Source: a bacterium
GTDB taxonomy: Bacteria > UBA10199 > 2-02-FULL-50-16 > JAJFLM01
DNA length: 64,000 bases
Reading direction: 5' to 3'
Assembly: GCA_965216315.1 (NCBI GenBank)
Contig: CBDCFN010000016.1
Coordinates: 1,952,001 to 2,016,000 of the forward strand
Positions 30,763 through 38,872 of the stretch are shown piece after piece (within the stretch, counting starts at the first letter, position 1; the number at the start of each line of letters is the position of its first letter). The translations under genes were made by a program, and so were the position numbers. Below the pieces are notes generated by a model. The model was not told the DNA's origin and searched no databases. It saw nothing but the letters and a program-made list of their open reading frames with translations.

Positions 30763-30919
30763 GGTCGACGTGCTATCGCCTTTGGGCACGCGTGGCAAAT
30801 TGGAAATGGCGCCTCCCCGCGAAGGCAAGTGCGATCGGCGCCCGGCGCCGTCAGGTGCCGGCCAGGCGTCGCAGGGACTTTAAATTTCCCGGAAACGAAT
30901 GGGGACTTTCGCCAGTGCA

Positions 30920-31147
30920 GGCCAAAACCCTGCGCTTTTCCTACCATTTGCCGTGGTCCCTGCTCGCAAAACGTCGACCACTTATCAATTGGTGGTGCCT
31001 GTGGACCAAAATTCGAACTTGGTTTCAAGAAAATGCGTGACCGCGAGGCCACTTGCTGCAAAAGCCGCGCCGAGCGGTCACTAAATGACTATTCCACAGG
31101 CACCTTCCCGCCACGCGCTCGTCACGGCTTGTGCAGCCCCGTGTGCC
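30920..31147 (+). repeat. internal inverted attP-like site: 76-bp arm + GTGG core + 156-bp arm
   Basis: 30920-30995 is the reverse complement of 29316-29391; 30992-31147 is the reverse complement of 36657-36812 (149/156). Confidence 0.9.
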
Positions 31148-31444
31148 TCTCGTGCCGCCGCTTGGCCCAGCGCCGAGCCCCTGGCTACACAAGGCCTGGG
31201 CATCCGCCAGCCCCCGCACATAAAGCTGCCCAGGCCGGGGACGCAGAGGGCTGGGCGGGAGGGTGTTAGCTAGTAATGGACAATTTTTCGCCACCCGGAA
31301 GCGAGGCGCTGAAAAAGTATATAGAAATGATGGAGAATTTGTTGATTAAATAGCAGGATATCATGCCATATGTAGCAATAGCATGAAGATGTACATCAGA
31401 CTTACTAAGTATTTGACTATGGCCAACCAAAATACGGGGTTGCT

Positions 31445-32173
31445 ATGACGGTTATGAGCATTTTAGCGGGTATAATCGCCCTCTTAATTCTAGTCGTATT
31501 GAGCAACATTGCCAGTGCGGTACGAGGAAACAGACAGGCCATGGAATCAGCTTGCTCAGATATCAACGATAAAATTGGTGAGCTTAATAATATCTTATAC
31601 GAAATAAAAACCGCATCAGAAGAACTACTAGATGTGATCAAGACGGTAAGTGAAACTATGTATAATATGGAAGAAAAGACTCATGAACCGATCGTTGATA
31701 TATTTGGCCCTAATAACTTCCATACAATGTCTAATGATGAAAGGGAAAGCGTCAGCAGTGAGCTAGAAAAGAAAATTTCTGAGAACAAGACTTCGCAAGA
31801 CGAATTAGAAGATTGGATCAAAAGCTGGATCATATTTTTTTCACATACGTCATATATTTACGAGATTTTATCTAAAAAGGATCTTTTGAACAATGTAAGT
31901 CCCGAAACAAAGGAATTGCTTCAAGAGCGTCATGAACAAGCTCAAATGTTTGTTAAAGTAGTTGGTGAACTGAAGAATGGCAGCGATTTAAATAAGGTAG
32001 AACAGTTTCTGGCTAATATCAAAGACCAGAAAGCTAAAAAACTGGTAGTTCGATCGGCACTATACGAAATTTATGGGAAAAAGGTTCTTCTGAATATTAA
32101 GGACATGAAGGATTTAAAGATCTTTTCTGAAGCAACAAATATACCCATTAAATTCATTTTCAACTATCTTTAA
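31445..32173 (+). CDS. hypothetical protein with N-terminal TM helix and coiled coil
   Basis: 242-aa AT-rich ORF; hydrophobic residues ~5-22 followed by heptad-like segment. Confidence 0.75.
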   Translation: MTVMSILAGIIALLILVVLSNIASAVRGNRQAMESACSDINDKIGELNNILYEIKTASEELLDVIKTVSETMYNMEEKTHEPIVDIFGPNNFHTMSNDERESVSSELEKKISENKTSQDELEDWIKSWIIFFSHTSYIYEILSKKDLLNNVSPETKELLQERHEQAQMFVKVVGELKNGSDLNKVEQFLANIKDQKAKKLVVRSALYEIYGKKVLLNIKDMKDLKIFSEATNIPIKFIFNYL

Positions 32174-32238
32174 CATCTGACGATGCACTGATATGCGCAT
32201 AATAAATATACGGTGCATTGTAGTAGATACTGTGCGCT

Positions 32239-35200
32239 TTAGTTGTATTTCTTGAATTTGCACTGCTTGGCACCAATAAGCTTTGACCTACTGTTGAGCA
32301 TAAATGCTCCGCTGATATTCAATCTTCCCAATGCACCACCACCGAGATAGCCACTGCCAAACAAGTGCTTTTCGCCGAGAAGAGTCCAAATAATTGAATA
32401 ACCATTTTTCTTAAGATAGTTGTGTAATACAGACTTATTAATAAGAATTGACCGAGGCATAGAATCACTAAAAACATTCGGGTCGAAAGCTATTAGTTTT
32501 TTACCGGCACTGTAGAAGCGGCCATCAGTATAATGTTGTCTTATTCGTAATTTATCTATTAACCATTTCGCGGGTAGCTTGACTCGGATCGATTCGCTTG
32601 TTGAACAATCAATCGATGAACCACTACTAAGATATGCGTCATCCGTTACTAATATCTTAGCAGGCATTAATTTGTCACTTGGAGCGGTCGTCCAACCTTC
32701 ATGGTGATAATATGGAATGTAATAGTATAAGAATGGATGCGCCCAAGGATACTCACCCAGGAAAACTCTATAAAACTCATGAGATTCAGGCATCCACCTA
32801 CCCATGAAATCTTGCTTCTTTGCCCATAAATAAAATTTCTTCGCATCCCTCTTCTTAACAATATAGCTCTTTATCATATACCAAATTGTTCTTGTGGGTG
32901 TCTGATATTTATCTTTCTCTGGGGCGATCTCATTTTGCCACTGAATATGACTTTCGAGCGCAAGCCAACTAACGTGATTATCATCAGATGTTTCAATAAG
33001 GCTAAGGGGATCTGGCAAATCATTTTTGCTCTTTATCCATGTCGCATCAGATGCTCTTTTCTTCCAAGATTTGTGAATAGTGGTGTGTTGGTATAGCCCT
33101 AGATTAGGAACACCTTCAGGCTTAGAGTTTGGTGGATCTTTTAATATGCAAGATGGGTCAATATCCCTAACACTCAACTGCCAGGGTCCTTGATAAGGGC
33201 CATAGCGATCGGGCCACCGTTCTATTTTAAACTCGAAATTATCTCCAATCCGTGCCAATAGCTCATGAAAAGCAATCCACTGATATTTTTTTCCTAATCT
33301 TTCAGCTTTCTGCTCTGACTGACTTACTCGATAATAATTGACGCGTCTGTCGAAATCACTGTGTAGTTCGTTTTTCAATCCAAACTGCATAACTCGATGA
33401 ACTAACCATCTCTGAGCTAATGCCGCATCAAATTCATCAAGTGAATCACTTATATTTCCATGATCATCAATATACGGCTTAAATTCTCTTTCAAAAAATG
33501 ATCTTTTTGGCTGCTGCAAAGATTCAATGAATTTTCTCCAAGCAGCTTTTCTCTCTTTATAGTATTGTTTTAGTTTTTCCTTAGTGTCACTATCATCGTT
33601 ACCATAGACAATGAGTGGAATACTCACAATGCTTGAAGGGCTTGTAATTTGTCTATATAAACGCCTTTGCTGCTTATTTAATTTTTTAATAAATTGCTGA
33701 TATTGTTCCCTCCTGCTCGCACCTCGAGACATAAGAGGTCGGCTTGACCAGCAATTAAGTGTTGAATTAAGCTCATATCGTCCAAAGTCGCCAAACATGA
33801 CAGATGACCATACTTGACGTAATGCTCCATCGTCGGCTGTACACCTTAACTTTAGTCTATCTGCAGTCGGAACTCTTTTTGGCCATTTGCTGTTATACGG
33901 AGGCGCTATTTTCTTCTTACTAACACGTAATTTAAGCTTATTCTTTAAGGCGCATTCAATAATTCCCCGTGCATAATCGCGTAATAGAATTTGTACTGGT
34001 GGCTTGTTATCCTCAAAAATACTTTTATATACCCAGCTAGCTAAGGCCTTGAGCGCCTTTTTGTCGCCTTGGGACCGCAAGGCACAACCATACGCTATAG
34101 CGTAAATCCGCTCTGCGACATACATATCATTAACATTCTGAAACCCTCTCAGTAATCTCAGTACAATATTTAAGCGATTCGTTAAAATTGCAATGAGTGC
34201 CTTTGTACTTTTGTCTCTTAAAAATCTATTAGACGTTGTTAGGAACCATGATAATGTAATTGCACATAACTCTGCAGATTCATCGCTCAAATGGGATTTA
34301 TCGTACTCGGACCAAGCCCATGTAACAAGTCGATCGACAGCTTCCTTATTGCCATATTCGTCATGCAAATATATTGACCACCACGAATCACGATTAGCCA
34401 TTGAATACTTAAATAGGTGGCCATGAAGATAATACGCATTGAATGGATGTTCTGGTATAGGTGCAACAGACAGAAAAGCATTAAGTAGTAAAGTGTGGCC
34501 TCTCTCTGATCTAATTATATGGGTATTTATGAGCCTTATTGTATTTTGAAGACTATGCGAGAAGGCAGTAGGCTTTCGCCATATAATACTTTCGATAAAA
34601 GCTTCCTCAGCAAGCTGTAATTGATAGTGACCCTTTAAGAGATAAGGGGCGACCTCTATAAATTCACTTCCTTTTAAATGCTCTGGGCACTGTATTGATA
34701 ATGTTTCAATTATGCCCCGCCCTAGAGGTTGTGAAATAAATTTACCGAGCTTTCTACGTTTTGAAAAAAATCTTTTAGCAGTATTGATATTCTTATTGCC
34801 TTTTCCAAATTCTGATTCATACTCCTTGAAAATGTACCTACCAATTAAATGATCACTAAATTTCTGAAAAGGGAATCTATATTCGAATCCACTGTCGGAA
34901 TCCCCTCCACTCGTATATTTTGGGACTTTGACTAACAATAACTGCTTTTCCAACGCGCTAATTAAAGCATTGCAATCAACCGTGGGGTATGCATTTGCAA
35001 CTATTCTGATAAGCTCTTTGTCTGTAATTCTATCTGAGCGTCGTGAAACCATATCATGAGCTATTTGCTCAATAATGGTATCCCATATGACATAGTCACC
35101 TTTTTTATTTCTGCCTTTAGGTAGTGCGAATTGCTTAACAATATTCCTGCTAGCGAATTTAATGAAATTCTCAAAAATATAAGTAGCACCTTCATGGCCT

Positions 35201-36393
35201 CGAAATACCGGCTTTTGACCAGTTGTTTTCTTTCCACTGGGCTTAGTTCGGCTTTCGTAGGCTTTGCAAAATAATAGCAAGAATAGGGGGTTGCGGAATT
35301 CTGGCGCAAGCAATGGGACTTCTGGAAGAGGCAAATTGAATTCATTGAAAAATTTGTTTACGGCCTCCCACTCACGGAATTCAAAGCCATGATGTTCAGC
35401 AAAAACAAATTGTTTCATTTGCGTATTACTGAGAGTGTCATGCTCAAAGCCTGTCCTTACACTAATAGCTAATGCAATACATGGATATCTCTTAAGCGTA
35501 TCAATGAACTTTTTAAGCTTGCGCTTCCAAATTTTCGGATGATGCGTTTCGTTCAGCGCATCTATAACTATGAGGGAGCGGACACCTGTTTCTCGTCCAG
35601 CCTGATTTAGTAATTTAAACAATCCATTAGATGTCAGCACACCTTTCAATCCGATCTGGTGTATTATTTGGTCAGCTAAATCAGCGCTATCTGTAAAATA
35701 CTCTCCAAACGTCACTACTGTTGGAAGATGTTGTTGTCTCTTGATGCGCGTTTCCACCACGTCACATAAAAGATGTGTTTTTCCAGTGCCCGCTAAACCC
35801 GTTAATAATAGAAATGGCTTATTTGATAGTTTGGCAGAAACGCTGAGCGAAAACTCTTCAAAATTCCTAATCTCTTGTTGAGTTTTATATAGATATTCTA
35901 TGTCTGCCTTAATTCGGCTCAAGTACGATTCAAGTTCAGTATTTTTCTTAGTTTCTCTTGTTTTCCTATCGATGACCGATTTTTCATCTTCTAATAGTCT
36001 AACCAGCTTTCGACACAATGGTATTGCCTTTTTGCTGCGAGAACTAATAGACGGCCACGGAATTATCCTCGTATTAAATTCTTTTATTTTACTGAGCAAT
36101 GTCAGGAGAGCTGAGACTTCTCTTTTCAAGTTTCTGTAGGCGCTATCTATCTTTTTCTTCTTATGTTTATTAGATATTCGGTTAAAGGTTCTTGAGAAAT
36201 CGCCGAAATCCTTTCTAATTGAAGTATAAAATGTTTCTGTTCTTGCTATTCCATCAAATATTTGGGCAATCGGTACTTTAATGTTTAATTTAGGCGTATA
36301 CCGAGGGCCGGCTTTCTTCAGAACTTTCTCTAGGTGAGAATGAAGCCATTTTTTGTCGAGGAAGAGATTCTTAACCATATTTCGTGAGTGCAA
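32239..36393 (-). CDS. STAND/NACHT-type ATPase, Avs2 (AVAST type 2)-like putative anti-phage protein
   Basis: Walker A GLAGTGKT (~aa 199), Walker B LIVIDALNE, NPLFL, long helical C-terminus with ERLGKKYQWIA; AT-rich island cargo; start 36393 or 36378. Confidence 0.7.
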   Translation of the reverse strand: MHSRNMVKNLFLDKKWLHSHLEKVLKKAGPRYTPKLNIKVPIAQIFDGIARTETFYTSIRKDFGDFSRTFNRISNKHKKKKIDSAYRNLKREVSALLTLLSKIKEFNTRIIPWPSISSRSKKAIPLCRKLVRLLEDEKSVIDRKTRETKKNTELESYLSRIKADIEYLYKTQQEIRNFEEFSLSVSAKLSNKPFLLLTGLAGTGKTHLLCDVVETRIKRQQHLPTVVTFGEYFTDSADLADQIIHQIGLKGVLTSNGLFKLLNQAGRETGVRSLIVIDALNETHHPKIWKRKLKKFIDTLKRYPCIALAISVRTGFEHDTLSNTQMKQFVFAEHHGFEFREWEAVNKFFNEFNLPLPEVPLLAPEFRNPLFLLLFCKAYESRTKPSGKKTTGQKPVFRGHEGATYIFENFIKFASRNIVKQFALPKGRNKKGDYVIWDTIIEQIAHDMVSRRSDRITDKELIRIVANAYPTVDCNALISALEKQLLLVKVPKYTSGGDSDSGFEYRFPFQKFSDHLIGRYIFKEYESEFGKGNKNINTAKRFFSKRRKLGKFISQPLGRGIIETLSIQCPEHLKGSEFIEVAPYLLKGHYQLQLAEEAFIESIIWRKPTAFSHSLQNTIRLINTHIIRSERGHTLLLNAFLSVAPIPEHPFNAYYLHGHLFKYSMANRDSWWSIYLHDEYGNKEAVDRLVTWAWSEYDKSHLSDESAELCAITLSWFLTTSNRFLRDKSTKALIAILTNRLNIVLRLLRGFQNVNDMYVAERIYAIAYGCALRSQGDKKALKALASWVYKSIFEDNKPPVQILLRDYARGIIECALKNKLKLRVSKKKIAPPYNSKWPKRVPTADRLKLRCTADDGALRQVWSSVMFGDFGRYELNSTLNCWSSRPLMSRGASRREQYQQFIKKLNKQQRRLYRQITSPSSIVSIPLIVYGNDDSDTKEKLKQYYKERKAAWRKFIESLQQPKRSFFEREFKPYIDDHGNISDSLDEFDAALAQRWLVHRVMQFGLKNELHSDFDRRVNYYRVSQSEQKAERLGKKYQWIAFHELLARIGDNFEFKIERWPDRYGPYQGPWQLSVRDIDPSCILKDPPNSKPEGVPNLGLYQHTTIHKSWKKRASDATWIKSKNDLPDPLSLIETSDDNHVSWLALESHIQWQNEIAPEKDKYQTPTRTIWYMIKSYIVKKRDAKKFYLWAKKQDFMGRWMPESHEFYRVFLGEYPWAHPFLYYYIPYYHHEGWTTAPSDKLMPAKILVTDDAYLSSGSSIDCSTSESIRVKLPAKWLIDKLRIRQHYTDGRFYSAGKKLIAFDPNVFSDSMPRSILINKSVLHNYLKKNGYSIIWTLLGEKHLFGSGYLGGGALGRLNISGAFMLNSRSKLIGAKQCKFKKYN

Positions 36394-36656
36394 GAGTATA
36401 TTTTAATCATACCGAACAACAGGGAAAACATTTATCCAATGTAGTGCTTGCCGCGGGCCCGATTCGGGGGTGCGGGGGGAGAAGCGGGCCCGCGGCCCCG
36501 GCTTCAAGTGGCGTCTTTCAATCTATGGCGAGGCCTGGAGTCAAGCGACGGCCCACTGGGACCGTGGGCGGTGCAGGCCGAATGCCTGAGCGCCCGGCCT
36601 GCGTAGCCTTGGCGAAGCAGGCTAGCGAAGGCATGAGGCTTGCTCAGCCAATTTAG

Positions 36657-36812
36657 GGCACGCGGGGCTGCACAAGCCGTGACGAGCGCGTGGCGGGAAG
36701 GTGCCTGTGGACGAGGCATTTAGTGACCGCTCGGCGCGGCTTTTGCAGCAAGTGGCCTCGTGGTCACGAATTTTCTTGAAACCAAGTTCGAATTTTGATC
36801 CACAGGCACCAC
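36657..36812 (-). repeat. att arm, copy 2 of the 156-bp inverted repeat (partner 30992-31147)
   Basis: 149/156 identity to 30992-31147 in reverse complement. Confidence 0.93.
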
Positions 36813-37207
36813 AAAATTTGCGCAGCCAATTTTGTCCCTATATTCCATATACGATATGCGCCATGGCGCAAATTTTCGTATATAGAATATCGTATAGGGT
36901 ATATGGGGACTTATTGCTGACTTTGAATCAACAAAGTAACAATATAATCCTGCGATTGCCTGCTTTCCAATATGGAAGATAAACATAAACAATATCTCGA
37001 ACGTATGTATCCGTTACGGAGCACTAAAAGATAATAATACAAAGATGGGAGATATTGTCCGTATATATCACAAAAATGTTAGTGAGCCCACAAAAGACAG
37101 AAATCGAATAACAGAATAGATATTCAATTAACCTATGATCATGCGGGCCGTATGATATCAGGGATGTGATTCGCAGGCGAGTTAACCAGCGGACTCACAT
37201 CTGGGGG

Positions 37208-37519
37208 TCAGTAGGCTTTTGAAGCTGCCTCTTGCTCTCTAATACGTGTAGTCATAATGTTATTCAAGAGCATTTTATCCTGCTTCTGTAGATCCGGAAA
37301 TCTTAGCTTCATTCTCATTTCATTAAGAGTCTTTTTATCTCTCTTCATTAGCAATCCGATAGCTTCATCAAAAAACGAAACGGAACCAACTAATTTTCCG
37401 CCAAACTGTATCTCGATTCTTGGCTGATCCCAATTGTCATTAATCAGAGTTCGTATCTTTTTTCCAGCTTCACGAGAAATGATATCTTCACCGCAAATTT
37501 CTGGGACATTAATTATCAT
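37208..37519 (-). CDS. STAS-like (DUF4325-type) small protein
   Basis: 103 aa from ATG 37519; SREAGKKIR and SVSFFDEAIG motifs; overlaps upstream stop. Confidence 0.75.
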   Translation of the reverse strand: MIINVPEICGEDIISREAGKKIRTLINDNWDQPRIEIQFGGKLVGSVSFFDEAIGLLMKRDKKTLNEMRMKLRFPDLQKQDKMLLNNIMTTRIREQEAASKAY

Positions 37520-38390
37520 TGAAAATTCCTTCTTCTTCTCTGAGAATATCATAATAACTTTCACCATCTAAATTAATCTGAAAATCTACGCACGTTCCCA
37601 TAAACGATTTTTGAGCTTTTTTGTAATCGTATTCGCTGCGATCATATTTCAGTGCAATTTTTGCCTTGCCTGAAAAAATGTATAGTCTTCCTGAATTGTG
37701 TCTGAGAGCTTCTTGTATTATTTGATAGCCTCGACCACCTTCTATTTCATCTCTTGTTGTTAAGCTTTCTTTCAATAGGCGCTGGATTGCATCCTTGTCA
37801 GTTCCTAAGTCCTCATATCGCGTACGTAGTTTATATGGTATTCCAACTCCAAAATCTAAAAAAGCTATGTGCATGTTATGAGATCGTCCCCAAGAACCAA
37901 CGCAGGCATAACAAGTACGCTCTCCACTATGGTCTAATGTATTTGTGAGTAACTCTGTAAGAATGAGTCGTGCCATATCTTTGAGGTCTGGGGTGAATCT
38001 AGGAGCGTTCGCGGCTATTATAGCAAGCATGTCATCTAGAGACATAGTATTGTAACTGTCGAGCCTCCGAAGTTGGCACATCTTCTCAGTTACCATAATG
38101 CTTTGAGGGCCATCTGGTTTACTAAGATACCTTATAGCCCGCAATGCATTTTGGGCGCGCCTGGCCGAAGGCAAAGTTATTCTTATTTTATTGTTTCTGC
38201 CCCACGCTAAATCTGTCAGGCCACATAAGAAACATACGGAAAGTGCGCTAACTTCAGTAGTTCTCTTGAGGTCGAAGTGAACTATTGAATTTTCTATGCC
38301 GCGCACTTTACGGACTGCCGCCAATAAGGAATCAATGTAGGCCACCGTCAGCTGTTTGGGGAAAGGAATGTCGATAGTGCCGGGGATCAT
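37509..38390 (-). CDS. STAS-like + GHKL/HATPase (anti-sigma-kinase-like) protein
   Basis: ELLTNTLDHS (N box), DFGVGI (G1), GGRGY (G2), GT (G3); N-terminal FDL...SALS STAS-like segment. Confidence 0.78.
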   Translation of the reverse strand: MIPGTIDIPFPKQLTVAYIDSLLAAVRKVRGIENSIVHFDLKRTTEVSALSVCFLCGLTDLAWGRNNKIRITLPSARRAQNALRAIRYLSKPDGPQSIMVTEKMCQLRRLDSYNTMSLDDMLAIIAANAPRFTPDLKDMARLILTELLTNTLDHSGERTCYACVGSWGRSHNMHIAFLDFGVGIPYKLRTRYEDLGTDKDAIQRLLKESLTTRDEIEGGRGYQIIQEALRHNSGRLYIFSGKAKIALKYDRSEYDYKKAQKSFMGTCVDFQINLDGESYYDILREEEGIFNDN

Positions 38391-38762
38391 AGATGTAACC
38401 TACTGAAATATATAGACTATGTAAATCAATAATTGCAGATAATTATATATAACATCATAATAGGTGTTTAAATTCATATACTTATGAATAATTTAAATCC
38501 CCGGCATCAAGGGGGCTGGCATCATGAGCTGCGCTTCTATCAATCAGCCTGGCAAGCGGAAGTAATATCGTTTCAGAAGCCATAGTAGTTGAAGTTACGG
38601 CACTCCCACGGCACTGGCTAATTTTTTCTTGAGTAATTTCTTTTGCTTACGCCGATCCGCGGAGGATTCGACGAGCCTTTCGCAGAAGGCGAAAATTTCC
38701 ACCGTGCGATTGCCAAAATAGGCAATCGCATCCTCACGAAGCGGTGAGGACGAGCAAATCCC

Positions 38763-38778
38763 CCCCCCACCTCCACTA
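38763..38778 (+). repeat. degenerate direct repeat of the tmRNA 3' end
   Basis: CCCCCCACCTCCACTA vs CCCCCCGCCTCCACCA at 29306-29321 (14/16); coincides with the end of the island-like region. Confidence 0.55.
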
Positions 38779-38786
38779 TTCAGTGT

Positions 38787-38872
38787 GCGTCCAAGAGGCG
38801 ATCCAACTTGCCTTGAATGGTCGGCATCTCCCGGTCGAATTATTATTTAATGCGTGCGGCAAGGGATTGGCG
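38787..38872 (-). pseudogene. relic of a second, related serine recombinase gene
   Basis: 38787-38857 is 62/71 identical to 29629-29699; translates K**FDREMPTIQGKLDRLLDAH vs KEQFDREMPAIQGKLDRLLDAH. Confidence 0.88.

Larger units (their letters stand above)
29316..36812. mobile_element. serine-recombinase integrative element at the tmRNA 3' end
   Basis: Both ends carry CCAC; joining them restores an in-frame recombinase C-terminus (WWCLWIKIRTWFQENS*) matching the internal copy at 30920-31040; AT-rich cargo. Confidence 0.8.

Noticed and set aside
30642..31294. Short ORFs overlapping the internal att site (132, 146, 129 and 89 aa)
   Set aside because: They arise from the duplicated recombinase 3' end and GC-rich repeat DNA; no RBS or family motif
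30992..36812. 156-bp repeat pair as DGR TR/VR or IS terminal repeats
   Set aside because: No reverse transcriptase or transposase; mismatches are not confined to adenines; better explained as att arms
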